This document shows positions 9,991-20,951 of a DNA stretch of 64,000 nucleotides, one piece after another; within the stretch, counting starts at the first letter, position 1; each line of letters begins with the position of its first letter. The translations under genes were made by a program, and so were the position numbers. This stretch comes from Pseudomonadota bacterium. Lineage in GTDB: Bacteria; Pseudomonadota; Alphaproteobacteria; Rhizobiales; CBDHHC01. The stretch is from contig JBCCCO010000005.1 in assembly GCA_039033475.1 (NCBI GenBank), forward strand, positions 2,106 to 66,105, read 5' to 3'. The notes below the pieces were generated by a model that was given only the letters and a program-made list of their open reading frames with translations, made no database searches and was not told the DNA's origin.

Positions 9991-11911
9991 TGGTGCTGCT
10001 CTGGACTGTTTTGGTCGTTTTGTTTTTTGCGTTCTTGATATTTTTTACATGGGCCAAAATCAATGTTAATGCCGATGGGGTCATGCCTTCAAGACGCGAG
10101 GCCTGGCTTAAAGTTACAGGGCGATGGTGGGCTAATTTCTGTCGCAGCTCATTGGAAAGCCCTGAAATGGTCTGGTAGTTAAAATCTTTCGGGATCTTAA
10201 TGCCTTCATCTTTTTGGACTGCTCGAATGTCTTGCTCCTGACGCTTTAAGTACACCGCATATTTTGCGTCAATTGCTAATTGCTCTGCAATATTGGGCTG
10301 AATTTGCTCTAATTCCGGCCAAATCTGCGTGACCCTTCCCCATGTTATATCAGGAAACGACAATAAATCGAAAGCACTGCGGCGTTTGCCATCTTGATTT
10401 ATTTTCAGGCCCTTTTGGCCGGCTTGCTGAGGGGTAATATTGAAAGCGTTCAGTTTTACAGTGCCTGCATGCAATGCTTTTTCTTTTGCTGTAAAGAGAT
10501 CTGCTCTTTGTTTGCTTACGCACCCGATTTTTATGCCAAGTGGCGTTAAGCGTTGGTCGGCGTTATCTGCTCGCAGTTTCAGGCGATATTCTGCCCTTGA
10601 TGTAAACATGCGGTAAGGCTCAATTACGCCGCGCGTTACCAAATCATCTATCATCACACCTATATAGCTTTCGGTGCGGCTGAGAATAACACTTTGAGGT
10701 GTCCCCGAAGATGTGATGTTTGAGGCTTTCAATGCTGCATTGAGACCGGCTATAAGCCCTTGCCCCGCCGCTTCTTCATAGCCTGTCGTGCCGTTAATCT
10801 GGCCTGCTAGGAATAAGCCGTTTAGGACTTTTGTCTCCAATGTCGGGTAAAGCTCGCGAGGATCAACGTAATCGTATTCTATGGCATAGCCTGGCTGAAT
10901 TACGCGGGCTTTTTCAAGACCTGGAATTGTCTTAAGAAACGCATGTTGCACCTCTTCAGGGAGAGAGGTGGAAATGCCATTGGGGTAAACGGTGTCATCA
11001 TCAAGGCCTTCTGGCTCTAAAAAGATTTGATGGCTTTCTCGTTCTTTGAATCTGACGATTTTATCCTCGATGGAAGGGCAGTACCTAGGGCCAATGCTGT
11101 CGATCTGGCCTGAATACATCGGCGATTTTTTTAAATTGTTTTCAATCACAGAATGGGTTTGTGTATTGGTGTGGGTAATATAGCAGTTTACTTGCGGGTT
11201 TGTGATTGCTTCAGTTAAGGCTGAAAAGGGAATGGGCGGGGTATCTCCCGCTTGAGGTTTTAAACGATCCCATGCAATGGTTTTGCCGTCAAGGCGTGGG
11301 GGAGTGCCGGTTTTTAGGCGGCCCATGCGCAAATTCAAGCTGTATAGCCGATCAGATAATCCTATCGCTGGGGCTTCACCAATGCGGCCCGCTTGGATTT
11401 TTTTCTCACCAATATGGATTAGCCCCTTGAGAAACGTGCCTGTTGTGAGTACGACAGCGCCTACTTTGTAATATGTGCCTTGTGCTGTAATCACCCCAGT
11501 AATCTGGTTGTTTTCAACTTTAAGGTCTTCAACAGCTGCGGAAATCACGGTTAGATTGGGGATTTGTGCGATAGCGGTTTGCATGGCCTCGCGGTAGCGC
11601 TTGCGATCTGCTTGTGCTCTTGGGCCTTGGACTGCTGGACCTCTTGAGCGATTGAGAACACGGAATTGGATGCCCCCTTGATCTGCAACGCGGCCCATTA
11701 ATCCATCAAGAGCATCGATTTCGCGAACCAGATGGCCTTTGCCTAAGCCTCCGATGGCTGGATTACAGGACATTTCTCCGATGGTTTGAGCTTTATGTGT
11801 GATCAGTGCTGTTTGTGCACCCATGCGCGCGGCTGCACTCGCAGCTTCACAGCCGGCATGGCCACCTCCGATAACGATAACATCGAATGTCTTTTGTGTG
11901 TTGGTTTTCAT
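9983..11911 (-). CDS. mnmG: tRNA uridine 5-carboxymethylaminomethyl modification enzyme MnmG (GidA)
   Basis: FAD motif [12 protein letters not shown]. The start is taken at MKTNTQ (11911) rather than the ORF-track start at 11971. Confidence 0.95.
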   Translation of the reverse strand: MKTNTQKTFDVIVIGGGHAGCEAASAAARMGAQTALITHKAQTIGEMSCNPAIGGLGKGHLVREIDALDGLMGRVADQGGIQFRVLNRSRGPAVQGPRAQADRKRYREAMQTAIAQIPNLTVISAAVEDLKVENNQITGVITAQGTYYKVGAVVLTTGTFLKGLIHIGEKKIQAGRIGEAPAIGLSDRLYSLNLRMGRLKTGTPPRLDGKTIAWDRLKPQAGDTPPIPFSALTEAITNPQVNCYITHTNTQTHSVIENNLKKSPMYSGQIDSIGPRYCPSIEDKIVRFKERESHQIFLEPEGLDDDTVYPNGISTSLPEEVQHAFLKTIPGLEKARVIQPGYAIEYDYVDPRELYPTLETKVLNGLFLAGQINGTTGYEEAAGQGLIAGLNAALKASNITSSGTPQSVILSRTESYIGVMIDDLVTRGVIEPYRMFTSRAEYRLKLRADNADQRLTPLGIKIGCVSKQRADLFTAKEKALHAGTVKLNAFNITPQQAGQKGLKINQDGKRRSAFDLLSFPDITWGRVTQIWPELEQIQPNIAEQLAIDAKYAVYLKRQEQDIRAVQKDEGIKIPKDFNYQTISGLSNELRQKLAHHRPVTLSQASRLEGMTPSALTLILAHVKNIKNAKNKTTKTVQSSTIA

Positions 11912-12172
11912 GGAAATGGATATAGCAAGAATGAACGAAAAGTTAAAGATTGTTTCATGTGAAACAAACACATTAACAAATACTTTCGAAGACTCTGAAA
12001 TGATTCAGAAAGATTCGAGATAGACTCAAAACGACTCTAAATATGATGTTCTAGACTCATTTTTTACTGAAGTGACTTTTAGAGTTATTGGGGGAAAAGG
12101 AAGAGTAATGTTTGTGATTAGTGATTTTTTTTCCTGGTAAAATTCGATGGATGTTTAAAGCACTACTTTTGC

Positions 12173-12309
12173 GCCATACTTGCGAAAGCTGGGATCTTAA
12201 CAAAAAAACTCAGCGAGATCCCAGCTTTCGCTGGGATGACGGAGTGTGTTTCGTGGGAATGACGAACTGAAAGTATCTTAGAATATATAAACCATTCTAA
12301 ATTAGATCC
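12173..12309. repeat. Hairpin-repeat locus R3: degenerate inverted A, A hairpin, half-A + D tail
   Basis: GAGATCCCAGCTTTCGCTGGGATGAC lies at 12215-12240. GGGAATGACGAACTGAAAGTATCTTAGAATATATAAACCATTCTAAATTAGATC runs to 12309. Confidence 0.85.
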
Positions 12310-12316
12310 GCTATAC

Positions 12317-13744
12317 TCATTTGCCAATGCAGAATGAGCTGAAAATCTCGCCAAGTATGTCTTCCACATCAATGCGACCGGTGATACGGCCGATGGCATT
12401 GGCGGCGATGCGCAAATGCTCAACCTGTAATTCAAGCGGCAACTCTTGTGCATTTAAAAATGACTTCAGGGACTCTTTACAAATTTCAAGATGCTCGCGG
12501 TGGCGCGCGCGGGTGATCAGGAGCGCATCTTGTGTTCCAAGAGTGGTTTGTACATGCTGTGAAATATGATCAATCAGATGATTCACACCAAACCCTGTTT
12601 TGGCCGAAATTAATAATGCGTTTTCTACTATGTCTTCGGGATCGCGTTTTTGTAGGTTTTGCTGCACAGTCTTGATGTCTTCTGATGAAAATTGATCAAC
12701 TTTATTGAGTACCAAGCACGTTACAGGTTTGCTTTGTGCAATGCTCTCACTGTCTTGATTTAAGATATGCTCTAGCTCTTTAACAAAAGAGGGGGCGTTG
12801 TTCGTGCTATTACTCACTTGCGCTATATCTTCACACCAGAGGACCAGATTGGCATTTGAGATATAAGATTGCGCGCGGCGGATGCCTTCTTGTTCTATTT
12901 TGTTATGCGCCTCACGAATTCCAGCTGTGTCTGTTATTATTACCGCATATCCGTTGAGATTTAGGTGTACTTCAATGGCATCTCTTGTGGTACCAGCTTC
13001 TTCAGAGACAATTGCAGCTTGCCTTTGGGATAGCACATTCAACAGGGTGGATTTGCCGGCGTTTGGTGGTCCAGCAATGACAATACGAAAGCCATCACGC
13101 ATGATTTCTCCACGGTGATTGTCTTGCAAATGCTCTTTTATTGACTTGTTGGACTCTTTAATCTGTTGATAGGCTTGACTTGCCACGCTTTGCGGAACAT
13201 CTTCTTCATCGGAAAAGTCTAATTCTGCTTCAATATAAGCTAATCCTGTTATTATCGTATTGCGCCAGCTTTCATATAATATTCCTAACGCCCCTGTTGA
13301 TTGTTGCAATGCTTGGCGTCGCTGGCTTTCGGTTTGAGCATTGATTAGATCTGCCAGCCCTTCGATTTGGGTTAAATCCATTTTGCCGTTTAGAAATGCG
13401 CGGCGGGAAAACTCTCCTGGTTCTGCCAACCGCAAGCCTTGACAGCAGCTTAGCGCCTCTAAGACACTCTCAATTACAGCTTTGCCACCGTGAATGTGAA
13501 ATTCGCACACGTGTTCTCCGGTAAAACTGCTCGGGGCCGGAAAGCTTATCACAAGGGCATGGTCAAGGTGCTCCCTTGTTATGGGATGGGTTAGGGTGCG
13601 AAGGCTCGCCTGCCGTGGCCTAGGTGTTGTGCCCGCTATTTCATTAAGTGTGCGCTCAACACCCGGCCCTGAGATACGGATGATAGCAACGCCTGCCCGG
13701 CCTGGCGCTGTTGAAAGGGCATATATGGTCTCTTGATCTGACAT
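12317..13744 (-). CDS. mnmE: tRNA modification GTPase MnmE (TrmE/ThdF)
   Basis: The ORF is 475 aa with G1 motif GPPNAGKST and the characteristic C-terminal FCIGK. Confidence 0.95.
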   Translation of the reverse strand: MSDQETIYALSTAPGRAGVAIIRISGPGVERTLNEIAGTTPRPRQASLRTLTHPITREHLDHALVISFPAPSSFTGEHVCEFHIHGGKAVIESVLEALSCCQGLRLAEPGEFSRRAFLNGKMDLTQIEGLADLINAQTESQRRQALQQSTGALGILYESWRNTIITGLAYIEAELDFSDEEDVPQSVASQAYQQIKESNKSIKEHLQDNHRGEIMRDGFRIVIAGPPNAGKSTLLNVLSQRQAAIVSEEAGTTRDAIEVHLNLNGYAVIITDTAGIREAHNKIEQEGIRRAQSYISNANLVLWCEDIAQVSNSTNNAPSFVKELEHILNQDSESIAQSKPVTCLVLNKVDQFSSEDIKTVQQNLQKRDPEDIVENALLISAKTGFGVNHLIDHISQHVQTTLGTQDALLITRARHREHLEICKESLKSFLNAQELPLELQVEHLRIAANAIGRITGRIDVEDILGEIFSSFCIGK

Positions 13745-13760
13745 GGAGGGTTCGTGAATG

Positions 13761-13824
13761 CTTTAGCTGGAATGATGAGTTGAAAGTATCTTGATAAAAA
13801 TAAACCATTTAAAAATTAGATCAG
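13761..13824. repeat. Hairpin-repeat locus R4a: half-A + D tail
   Basis: GCTGGAATGATGAGTTGAAAGTATCTTGATAAAAATAAACCATTTAAAAATTAGATCAG. Confidence 0.8.
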
Positions 13825-13896
13825 ATGTTGTTTTAAAATAAGATAATTGTAACTTACCTGGAAAATAAAGATATAAAATTATGCTATGTCCACATA

Positions 13897-13923
13897 GGTC
13901 CCCGCTTTCGCGGGAATGAAGGC
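13897..13923. repeat. Hairpin-repeat locus R4b: solo A hairpin
   Basis: GGTCCCCGCTTTCGCGGGAATGAAGG lies immediately upstream of the thioredoxin-domain ORF. Confidence 0.8.
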
Positions 13924-13926
13924 GAT

Positions 13927-16068
13927 GTGGATCTTTATTTCACTTTTGTAGCGTTAGGAATATCCCTCGTGTCATCAAACCATCTTCAATACGAAACCAG
14001 CCCTTATTTGTTGCAACATAAAGATAACCCTGTTCATTGGTGGGCTTGGGGGACTGATGCGCTGGCCGAAGCGCGGCGACTGCATAAACCGATCCTGCTT
14101 TCTGTTGGTTATGCGGCCTGTCATTGGTGCCATGTTATGGCGCACGAAAGTTTTGAGGATGAAGCAACGGCGGCGCTGATGAATAATCTCTTTGTTAATA
14201 TCAAAGTTGATAGGGAAGAGCGTCCTGATATTGATGCACTTTATATGGATGCACTGCACATGATGGGAGAGCAGGGAGGCTGGCCGCTTACGATGTTTTT
14301 GACGCCCAAAGGTGAGCCGTTTTGGGGTGGCACGTATTTTCCGAAAAAACCGAGCTATGGTCGTCCTTCATTTCAAACAATTTTGAAAGAAATTGCTCGG
14401 ATATACAAGGAGGAGCCTAAAACAGTTTTAAACAACAGTGACGTTATTACCAAACATCTCAAACAGCATTCTTCGTTTCTAGTTAACTCCGCTGACGATG
14501 GAGACTCTGTCATATTAAATAGCTCTCAACTTCGAGAATTTGCAAATAAGCTTTACGATATCGTTGACCTAAAATGGGGTGGTACTCAGGGCGCGCCTAA
14601 ATTTCCTCAAGTTGGTTTGTTCGAATTTTTATGGCGTAAGGGGTTACACCTCAATAATACTGACTTTCAGGGCTCTGTGCGTTTAAGTTTGCGCAACATG
14701 TGCCAAGGTGGGATTTATGATCATCTTGGTGGCGGGTTTGCACGGTACTCTGTCGATGATAAATGGCTAGTGCCGCATTTTGAAAAAATGCTCTATGACA
14801 ATGCATTGTTGCTAGATTTGATGTGCGAAGTATCGCGCGAGACAGAAGACCCTTTGTTAAAACAAAGAATTTTTGAAACAGCGGAATGGGTGTTGCGAGA
14901 GATGATTGCTGAGGGGGGTGGGTTTGCTGCTTCCCTTGATGCAGACTCAGAAGGTGTTGAAGGTAAGTTCTATGTCTGGGACCGTGATGAGGTGATTGCT
15001 GTTCTCCGTGATAGGGGTATGGGGGATATGGTTGAGCCTTTTTGTAAGATTTATGATGTTCAAGAAAACGGGAATTGGGATGGGAAAACTATTTTAAATC
15101 GGCTGGAGGCAATCGATTATTTTGGGGAGGATGGTGCTATGGAGGGTGGGGAGGATATGGAGATGGACCTCCAGAAGTGTCGAAACATCCTCCTGAATGC
15201 CAGGACTCACAGGATAAGACCTTCCTGGGATGATAAAGTATTGTCCGACTGGAATGGTTTGATGATCACTTCCCTCGCAAAAGCAGGAGAGATTTTTGCT
15301 CAGACACATTGGATTGCAGCAAGCATTACAGCGTTTGATTTCGTTGTTACGCAGATGATGGAAGTCGGGCGGCTTTATCATAGCTACCGAGCAGGGCAAG
15401 CTAAAGTGTCTGCCATCTCATCTGATTATGCGAATATGATTGGTGCGGCGCTCTGTCTTTATCAGATTACGACAGAAGAAAAATATCTCGACTATGCCAA
15501 GGATTGGGCAGATATTTTGGACCAGTATTATTGGGATCACGATGAAGGAGGATATTTCCTCATTGCGCAGGATACGAATGATGTTCTTATTCGACAAAAG
15601 TCTGCACGGGACGATGCCACGCCGAGCGCCAATGGAGTTATGGTGTCAGAATTATCGAAGCTGTTCGTCTTAACTGGAGAGATGTCTTATAAGGATCGTG
15701 CTGAGAAATTGGCGCAGGTTTTTTCATCATCTGCTGGCGACAATTTGTTTGCTCATACAAAATTCTTTTCTGGAATATTGGATTTGTCGTCATTGATTCA
15801 CGTGGTTATTTCAGGTCAAAATAAAGAAGGAAGAGATGCATTTGTGAAAGCGTTTTATGATGTCTCACTTCCAGGCGCTGTTTTGCAAGTTGTCCCTGAT
15901 GCTTCTGTTTTGCCAGAGCATTCCCCTGCTAAGCCAAAGGCCATCACATCGGATGGTGTTGTTGCTTATATTTGTGTTGGAGCATTGTGCCTTGAGCCCG
16001 CAACAGATTTGGCTGATTTTAGAGGGAGGCTGTTGTTAGCTCGGGGAGATAGGTTAACAAACATTTAA
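13927..16068 (+). CDS. Thioredoxin-domain protein of the YyaL/DUF255 family (thioredoxin fold plus six-hairpin glycosidase-like domain)
   Basis: SPYLLQH..NPVHWW and CHWCHVM motifs. The true start may be the GTG at 13969. Confidence 0.8.
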   Translation: MDLYFTFVALGISLVSSNHLQYETSPYLLQHKDNPVHWWAWGTDALAEARRLHKPILLSVGYAACHWCHVMAHESFEDEATAALMNNLFVNIKVDREERPDIDALYMDALHMMGEQGGWPLTMFLTPKGEPFWGGTYFPKKPSYGRPSFQTILKEIARIYKEEPKTVLNNSDVITKHLKQHSSFLVNSADDGDSVILNSSQLREFANKLYDIVDLKWGGTQGAPKFPQVGLFEFLWRKGLHLNNTDFQGSVRLSLRNMCQGGIYDHLGGGFARYSVDDKWLVPHFEKMLYDNALLLDLMCEVSRETEDPLLKQRIFETAEWVLREMIAEGGGFAASLDADSEGVEGKFYVWDRDEVIAVLRDRGMGDMVEPFCKIYDVQENGNWDGKTILNRLEAIDYFGEDGAMEGGEDMEMDLQKCRNILLNARTHRIRPSWDDKVLSDWNGLMITSLAKAGEIFAQTHWIAASITAFDFVVTQMMEVGRLYHSYRAGQAKVSAISSDYANMIGAALCLYQITTEEKYLDYAKDWADILDQYYWDHDEGGYFLIAQDTNDVLIRQKSARDDATPSANGVMVSELSKLFVLTGEMSYKDRAEKLAQVFSSSAGDNLFAHTKFFSGILDLSSLIHVVISGQNKEGRDAFVKAFYDVSLPGAVLQVVPDASVLPEHSPAKPKAITSDGVVAYICVGALCLEPATDLADFRGRLLLARGDRLTNI

Positions 16069-16086
16069 AGACTAATAGGTTCAAAA

Positions 16087-18114
16087 TTATTCTTTAGATA
16101 GCGCTGGGAGGTTAGCAAACTCTAGAAGTTTGATTGCACCGTGCGCGTTAAGGTGTCCTAGGTCGCGATACAAAAATATATCATCCAGCACTGCATGACA
16201 TAGAGTTTGATCGCACAAGATGTCGGTTGGAATAAATGTGGTAACATTTTCGTACTCGTTAGCCAGCTTTCTAAATACAGCGTTTGAATGGTGTAGTTTT
16301 TGTTTATATTCACTTGCCATGCCACAGTGCGGTTTTTTGTCTGCTTTAATTGCGTGCCTGATACAACGCAATGGTAAGCCACCAATTTTTGTATAGGATG
16401 GGATGTCGCCAATGATATGAACGGCTATGCCGCGCTTTAGCAAAAATTCGATGGTTAGCCTTAAATGATATTCCAATGTTCCTGGTTTTACATTTTTTTG
16501 CAGAATGCTTTTGTGCAGTTCTTTATCCAAACTCAAATCGATAGGGGTATGGGCCTTGCTATTTTGAAAAGATGCCCAACTTGCAGATAACACTGCAAGC
16601 TTTAAGCCTGGGTTGGCAGCAACGAATTGAATGAGGGTTGTTTGCAAGTTCACACAGTTTTTTCTTTGTTGCCTTTTCCAGTATGTACGCTCTATTTCCA
16701 GGACTGCGCCGCATCCTCCACCTTGGGTGACCTGCCTTCCTGATAACCCCGCCTCTTTGGCATACTTACCCAGCATTGGAACATAATGATCTGCTTTGGA
16801 ATCGCCAAAAACTACTATGTCAAAAGACTCTGTTTTGGCTTTTGGTACGCCAAAGTTGCAGAATTCATTGTTTATAAAAGCTCTGTGATAGCTGCCACAG
16901 GATTTGCGCTTGACATTGGCTGTGGCCATTTGTTCGTAAACGGTACGGATGTTTTCATTTAATCGCCATGGCCAACCATGATAGCCATAAATGATGATAC
17001 CGAGCACGCCTAGGGAGATCATGGAAAGGCTGCCATAGGCCAGTGCATTCTTTGCAGATGGATAGAGTTTGGATTTTTTATTGCGAAAGGGCTGTTCGAT
17101 ATATTTCCATGAAACATAAGCGCAAAGAATGGAGATCACACCAAGTCCTATAGCTTCTATCGTTGTGAAATGGCGTTCGAGGTACACATGAGTTAGTGAG
17201 ATGATTGGCCAATGCCAAAGATATAAGGAATAGGAGATCAAACCTAATCCGACCATCGGTCCAAAACTTAGGGTTTTGCTAATGACAGTATTGTGGTTCA
17301 CGCATGCGGCGATTAGACATGCTGTGCCGAGACATACAGGCAAAGCGCCTAAGCCTGGAAACATGCTATGTTGACTAAGAAATATCGCGCTTGTGCATAT
17401 CAGTGTTATGCCTAGCGCTGCAAGGCTTTGTGCGGTTATTTTTGACATCGTTATGTGAGGCAGAATCAGAGCCAACAATGCGCCAAGCATCAATTCCCAC
17501 GCTCTGGATGTAATAAGATAAAACGCTTTTGCAGGGCCTGTACTTAATAAGTATTGAGAATATATCAGAGATGCTATGCATATCAGTGTGGCGCATATCA
17601 CGATAACTGTTTTGATGCGTTTTGCTTTGAAGAGCGTTGTGCTTATAGCTGCTATTGTTAGCAAAAGAATGGGCCAGATAAGATAAAATTGCTCTTCAAC
17701 AGAGAGTGACCAGGTGTGCAGTAGTGGTTTTTCGAGAGCTGGAGCTTCGAAATATCCTGTTTTGCGATAAAAATAATAGTTTGAATAGAAAAAGATAGCT
17801 GCGGTTAAACTGCGGCCAAAAGCGCGAAATGTATCTGGCATTAAGACGAAAAATGCAACTATAAATGTTGCAACGTATACAATGAAGGCTGCGGGTAATA
17901 ATCGGCGAACGCGGCTTGCATAAAATTCACCTATATGAAATGTGTTGTTTTGAATTTTTTGCCAAATAATTGATGTGATCAAAAACCCCGAAATGACAAA
18001 AAAGACATCAACACCAATAAATCCGCCAGGGAGAAATGTTGGAAAGAGATGAAAGATAACAACGCAAGCAATGGACAGGCCGCGTAAACCATCCAAGAAT
18101 TTATAATAGGTCAT
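16087..18114 (-). CDS. OafA-like O-acyltransferase (acyltransferase-3 membrane domain fused to an SGNH-type C-terminal domain)
   Basis: The ORF is 675 aa. It has an LDGLRGLS..FH N-terminus, about 10 TM segments and a soluble C-terminal domain of about 280 aa. Confidence 0.8.
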   Translation of the reverse strand: MTYYKFLDGLRGLSIACVVIFHLFPTFLPGGFIGVDVFFVISGFLITSIIWQKIQNNTFHIGEFYASRVRRLLPAAFIVYVATFIVAFFVLMPDTFRAFGRSLTAAIFFYSNYYFYRKTGYFEAPALEKPLLHTWSLSVEEQFYLIWPILLLTIAAISTTLFKAKRIKTVIVICATLICIASLIYSQYLLSTGPAKAFYLITSRAWELMLGALLALILPHITMSKITAQSLAALGITLICTSAIFLSQHSMFPGLGALPVCLGTACLIAACVNHNTVISKTLSFGPMVGLGLISYSLYLWHWPIISLTHVYLERHFTTIEAIGLGVISILCAYVSWKYIEQPFRNKKSKLYPSAKNALAYGSLSMISLGVLGIIIYGYHGWPWRLNENIRTVYEQMATANVKRKSCGSYHRAFINNEFCNFGVPKAKTESFDIVVFGDSKADHYVPMLGKYAKEAGLSGRQVTQGGGCGAVLEIERTYWKRQQRKNCVNLQTTLIQFVAANPGLKLAVLSASWASFQNSKAHTPIDLSLDKELHKSILQKNVKPGTLEYHLRLTIEFLLKRGIAVHIIGDIPSYTKIGGLPLRCIRHAIKADKKPHCGMASEYKQKLHHSNAVFRKLANEYENVTTFIPTDILCDQTLCHAVLDDIFLYRDLGHLNAHGAIKLLEFANLPALSKE

Positions 18115-18212
18115 TTAGCACATCTATTGTTTTAAATATTTTGTTTTTTATTTGCATATAAAACTGACCACTGTGATCCCAGCGATAAGTCAGGATTCTT
18201 TTTGAAACTCTT

Positions 18213-18292
18213 GGGATTCCAGTTTTTGCTGGAATGATGAGCCTAGAGTATCTTAATAAAAGTGAATTATTTTTTTAAATCGAAACTGCTGT
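18213..18292. repeat. Hairpin-repeat locus R5: A variant + degenerate D tail
   Basis: GGGATTCCAGTTTTTGCTGGAATGATGAGCCTAGAGTATCTTAATAAAAGTG... Confidence 0.75.
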
Positions 18293-18302
18293 AATTCTTA
18301 CA

Positions 18303-19298
18303 CTATAGAAATGTATTTTCCCAGATCTCAGCCCGGTTATCCCATGTGTAAAACCCGCGATATTCAACAGACCCACGGTGTAAGTTTTGCCATGTGGTAT
18401 CGTTGGAAAGAACATCGATAATAGCTGTTGCCATTGCGGGATTGTCTTTTGCAATAATACCATTTTTTCCGTGCGTTACCCGTTCGGATAAGACCCCAAT
18501 TCCTTGTGTTACTATGGGAAGACCACATGCTGTGGCTTCATGGGCTGCGTTGCAAAATGTTTCTTCTTCATGACCTGGGTAAATTAAAAGGCGGGCGGAT
18601 TCATAAACCTTTGAAAGTTCTACATGGGTAACACGAGCTTTGACTTTTATATTAAGTGTTGCTGTGCTTTCCTTCAATTTTACATGTCTTGGATCACAAT
18701 ATATATGCAGTTCTGCATTTGGCAATATAGGATGAATTGAGTTCTTCCAGATATCAATCACCCGATCTAAATTACGATGAGGGGCTGATGAAAATATAGC
18801 AATCTGATTGTCTGGCGTTTGCTTGTACTGTTTTTTTCGTAAAAAAGCATCATCAATGCCATGCTCTATAACATGACGGCTTTTGTAGGGGATTATTGCT
18901 GGCGTAATATTGTGTTGTTGATGGGACAGGAAAACAGCAGATGGCCTATGTAATGCTATGCCTGTGATGCATTTGCGAAACCTTGACCATTTGTTCATTG
19001 GATTGTGTAGCCAAAGGCATTTTTGTTTTGCTTTCACGCGTCCTAAAGTTTTGGGATAAAGATTTGCAATTGCCAGATCATAAGATGCAAGGTTTGGGCG
19101 GGTGTCCCAAATGACACCGTTATAGACCTCTTTATTGTTGTTGGGCTCAACACACTCAACATGATGGCCCCGTTTTGCAAGACATTCAGCCAGGGCTATT
19201 GTTGTATTTGAAACACCTCTGGGGCCTTTGCCTTTTGAGCGGCCTAATATTTTGCGTCTGGGAACGAATACAATTGAACTCATGTTGGTGATCTGCAT
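18303..19298 (-). CDS. Glycosyltransferase, GT-B fold (GT1/GT4-like)
   Basis: The ORF is 331 aa. The C-terminal half carries an E..FCNAAHEA.ACGLP motif typical of GT4 enzymes. Confidence 0.7.
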   Translation of the reverse strand: MQITNMSSIVFVPRRKILGRSKGKGPRGVSNTTIALAECLAKRGHHVECVEPNNNKEVYNGVIWDTRPNLASYDLAIANLYPKTLGRVKAKQKCLWLHNPMNKWSRFRKCITGIALHRPSAVFLSHQQHNITPAIIPYKSRHVIEHGIDDAFLRKKQYKQTPDNQIAIFSSAPHRNLDRVIDIWKNSIHPILPNAELHIYCDPRHVKLKESTATLNIKVKARVTHVELSKVYESARLLIYPGHEEETFCNAAHEATACGLPIVTQGIGVLSERVTHGKNGIIAKDNPAMATAIIDVLSNDTTWQNLHRGSVEYRGFYTWDNRAEIWENTFL

Positions 19299-19389
19299 TT
19301 ATAATTATTTTTGGTCTATATTACATATTGTTATACCAACTTCAAATGCAGATTTTTTTCAGAGCAGATCAGTTTTGCGTGGCCTGTTT

Positions 19390-20652
19390 TTATGTATTCA
19401 TCGAGTCAAAGAAATCATCATTGGTTTTGGTTTGTTTGAGTTTATCAATGAGAAATTCAATGCTGTCCATGGTGCCCATTGGGTTGAGTATGCGACGCAG
19501 GACATACATTTTCTTGAGTTGCTGTTTGACAAGAAGTTCTTCTTTGCGTGTTCCTGATTTTGCAATATCAATTGCTGGGAAGACCCGTTTGTCGGCAACT
19601 TTACGATCGAGCACAATTTCTGAGTTACCTGTTCCTTTAAATTCTTCAAAAATGACTTCATCCATGCGCGAGCCGGTGTCAATTAATGCGGTTGCTATGA
19701 TGGTCAATGAGCCACCTTCTTCAATATTTCGTGCAGCACCAAAAAAACGTTTTGGCCGTTGTAGCGCATTTGAGTCTACACCACCTGTAAGAACCTTACC
19801 TGATGAAGGGACAACAGTGTTATAAGCGCGGCCGAGCCGGGTTATGGAATCAAGCAATATAATGACGTCACGCTTATGTTCCACGAGGCGTTTGGCCTTT
19901 TCAATTACCATTTCTGAGACTTGAACGTGGCGAGATGGGGGTTCATCAAAAGTTGAAGAAATGACTTCACCATTAACAGAACGCTGCATGTCGGTGACTT
20001 CTTCTGGTCTTTCATCGATAAGCAAAACAATAACATAACACTCTGGATGGTTGGTGGTGATAGAATGGGCTATGTTTTGCAAAAGTACTGTTTTACCGGT
20101 ACGCGGTGGTGCCACAATCAATCCACGCTGACCTTTTCCGAGAGGAGCAACCATATCAATTACTCTTGCCGATAAGTCTTTGTTAGTTGGATCCTCGGTT
20201 TCCATATTTAACCACTCATCTGGATAGAGCGGCGTGAGATTATCAAAATGAATTTTATGTCGGGTTTTATCTGGTTCATCAAAATTGATTTTGTTTACTT
20301 TTAGTAGGGCGAAGTAACGCTCGCCATCTTTGGGAGAGCGGATATGGCCTTCTATGGTATCACCAGTACGTAAACCAAAACGGCGAATTTGACTTGGGCT
20401 GACATATATATCATCAGGGCCTGGGAGATAATTTGCATCTGGAGAGCGCAAGAAGCCAAAGCCGTCTTGTAACACCTCAACAACACCGTTGCCTATGATT
20501 TCTATATCTTGCGTTGCCAGTTTTTTGAGAATGGCAAACATTAATTCTTGCTTGCGCATTGAACTGGCGTTTTCAACTTCAAGATTTTCGGCAAAACTCA
20601 AAAGCTCTGTTGGCGTTTTGATTTTGAGTTCTTCAAGCTTCATTTCCTGCAT
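19390..20652 (-). CDS. rho: Transcription termination factor Rho
   Basis: The ORF is 420 aa with an N-terminal RNA-binding domain and P-loop PPRTGKT. Confidence 0.97.
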   Translation of the reverse strand: MQEMKLEELKIKTPTELLSFAENLEVENASSMRKQELMFAILKKLATQDIEIIGNGVVEVLQDGFGFLRSPDANYLPGPDDIYVSPSQIRRFGLRTGDTIEGHIRSPKDGERYFALLKVNKINFDEPDKTRHKIHFDNLTPLYPDEWLNMETEDPTNKDLSARVIDMVAPLGKGQRGLIVAPPRTGKTVLLQNIAHSITTNHPECYVIVLLIDERPEEVTDMQRSVNGEVISSTFDEPPSRHVQVSEMVIEKAKRLVEHKRDVIILLDSITRLGRAYNTVVPSSGKVLTGGVDSNALQRPKRFFGAARNIEEGGSLTIIATALIDTGSRMDEVIFEEFKGTGNSEIVLDRKVADKRVFPAIDIAKSGTRKEELLVKQQLKKMYVLRRILNPMGTMDSIEFLIDKLKQTKTNDDFFDSMNT

Positions 20653-20703
20653 AAGAAACTCCGTACGATTTTTGATTTATAATTTTTTGTTAATGCTCAA
20701 TCC

Positions 20704-20831
20704 ATTTGTCTTTTTCTAAATATCTTTATTATAAAAACCGATTGATTTATCTGAAGAGTGTCTTTGAATACAAATTTGGTTTTGAGGACAAAGACCTGAT
20801 TTAAAGGATAAGATTTTAGAAAAAGACAAAT
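20704..20831 (-). promoter_or_regulatory. rho upstream/leader element: a 17-bp perfect inverted repeat enclosing 94 nt
   Basis: ATTTGTCTTTTTCTAAA at 20704-20720 is the exact reverse complement of 20815-20831. A third partial copy (AAAAAGACAA) lies at 20916-20925. Confidence 0.4.
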
Positions 20832-20951
20832 AACTGAATTGCTGTGAATAATTCTAGATTTATAGAATCATACAAGATAATTGATATTTTCTTATAACAG
20901 AATATTTTTTAAATAAAAAGACAAGTTTGATAGAATGTATACGAAAACGAT

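Noticed and set aside
12163-12453. ORFs lying in repeat loci (12163-12453, 30211-30426, 46078-46314, 63341-63523) share peptide strings such as IPAFAGMT and [10 protein letters not shown], which might suggest a small-protein family
   Set aside because: The shared peptides are simply the A hairpin translated in either orientation. These ORFs overlap real gene ends or antisense strands, and their similarity stops at the repeat borders.
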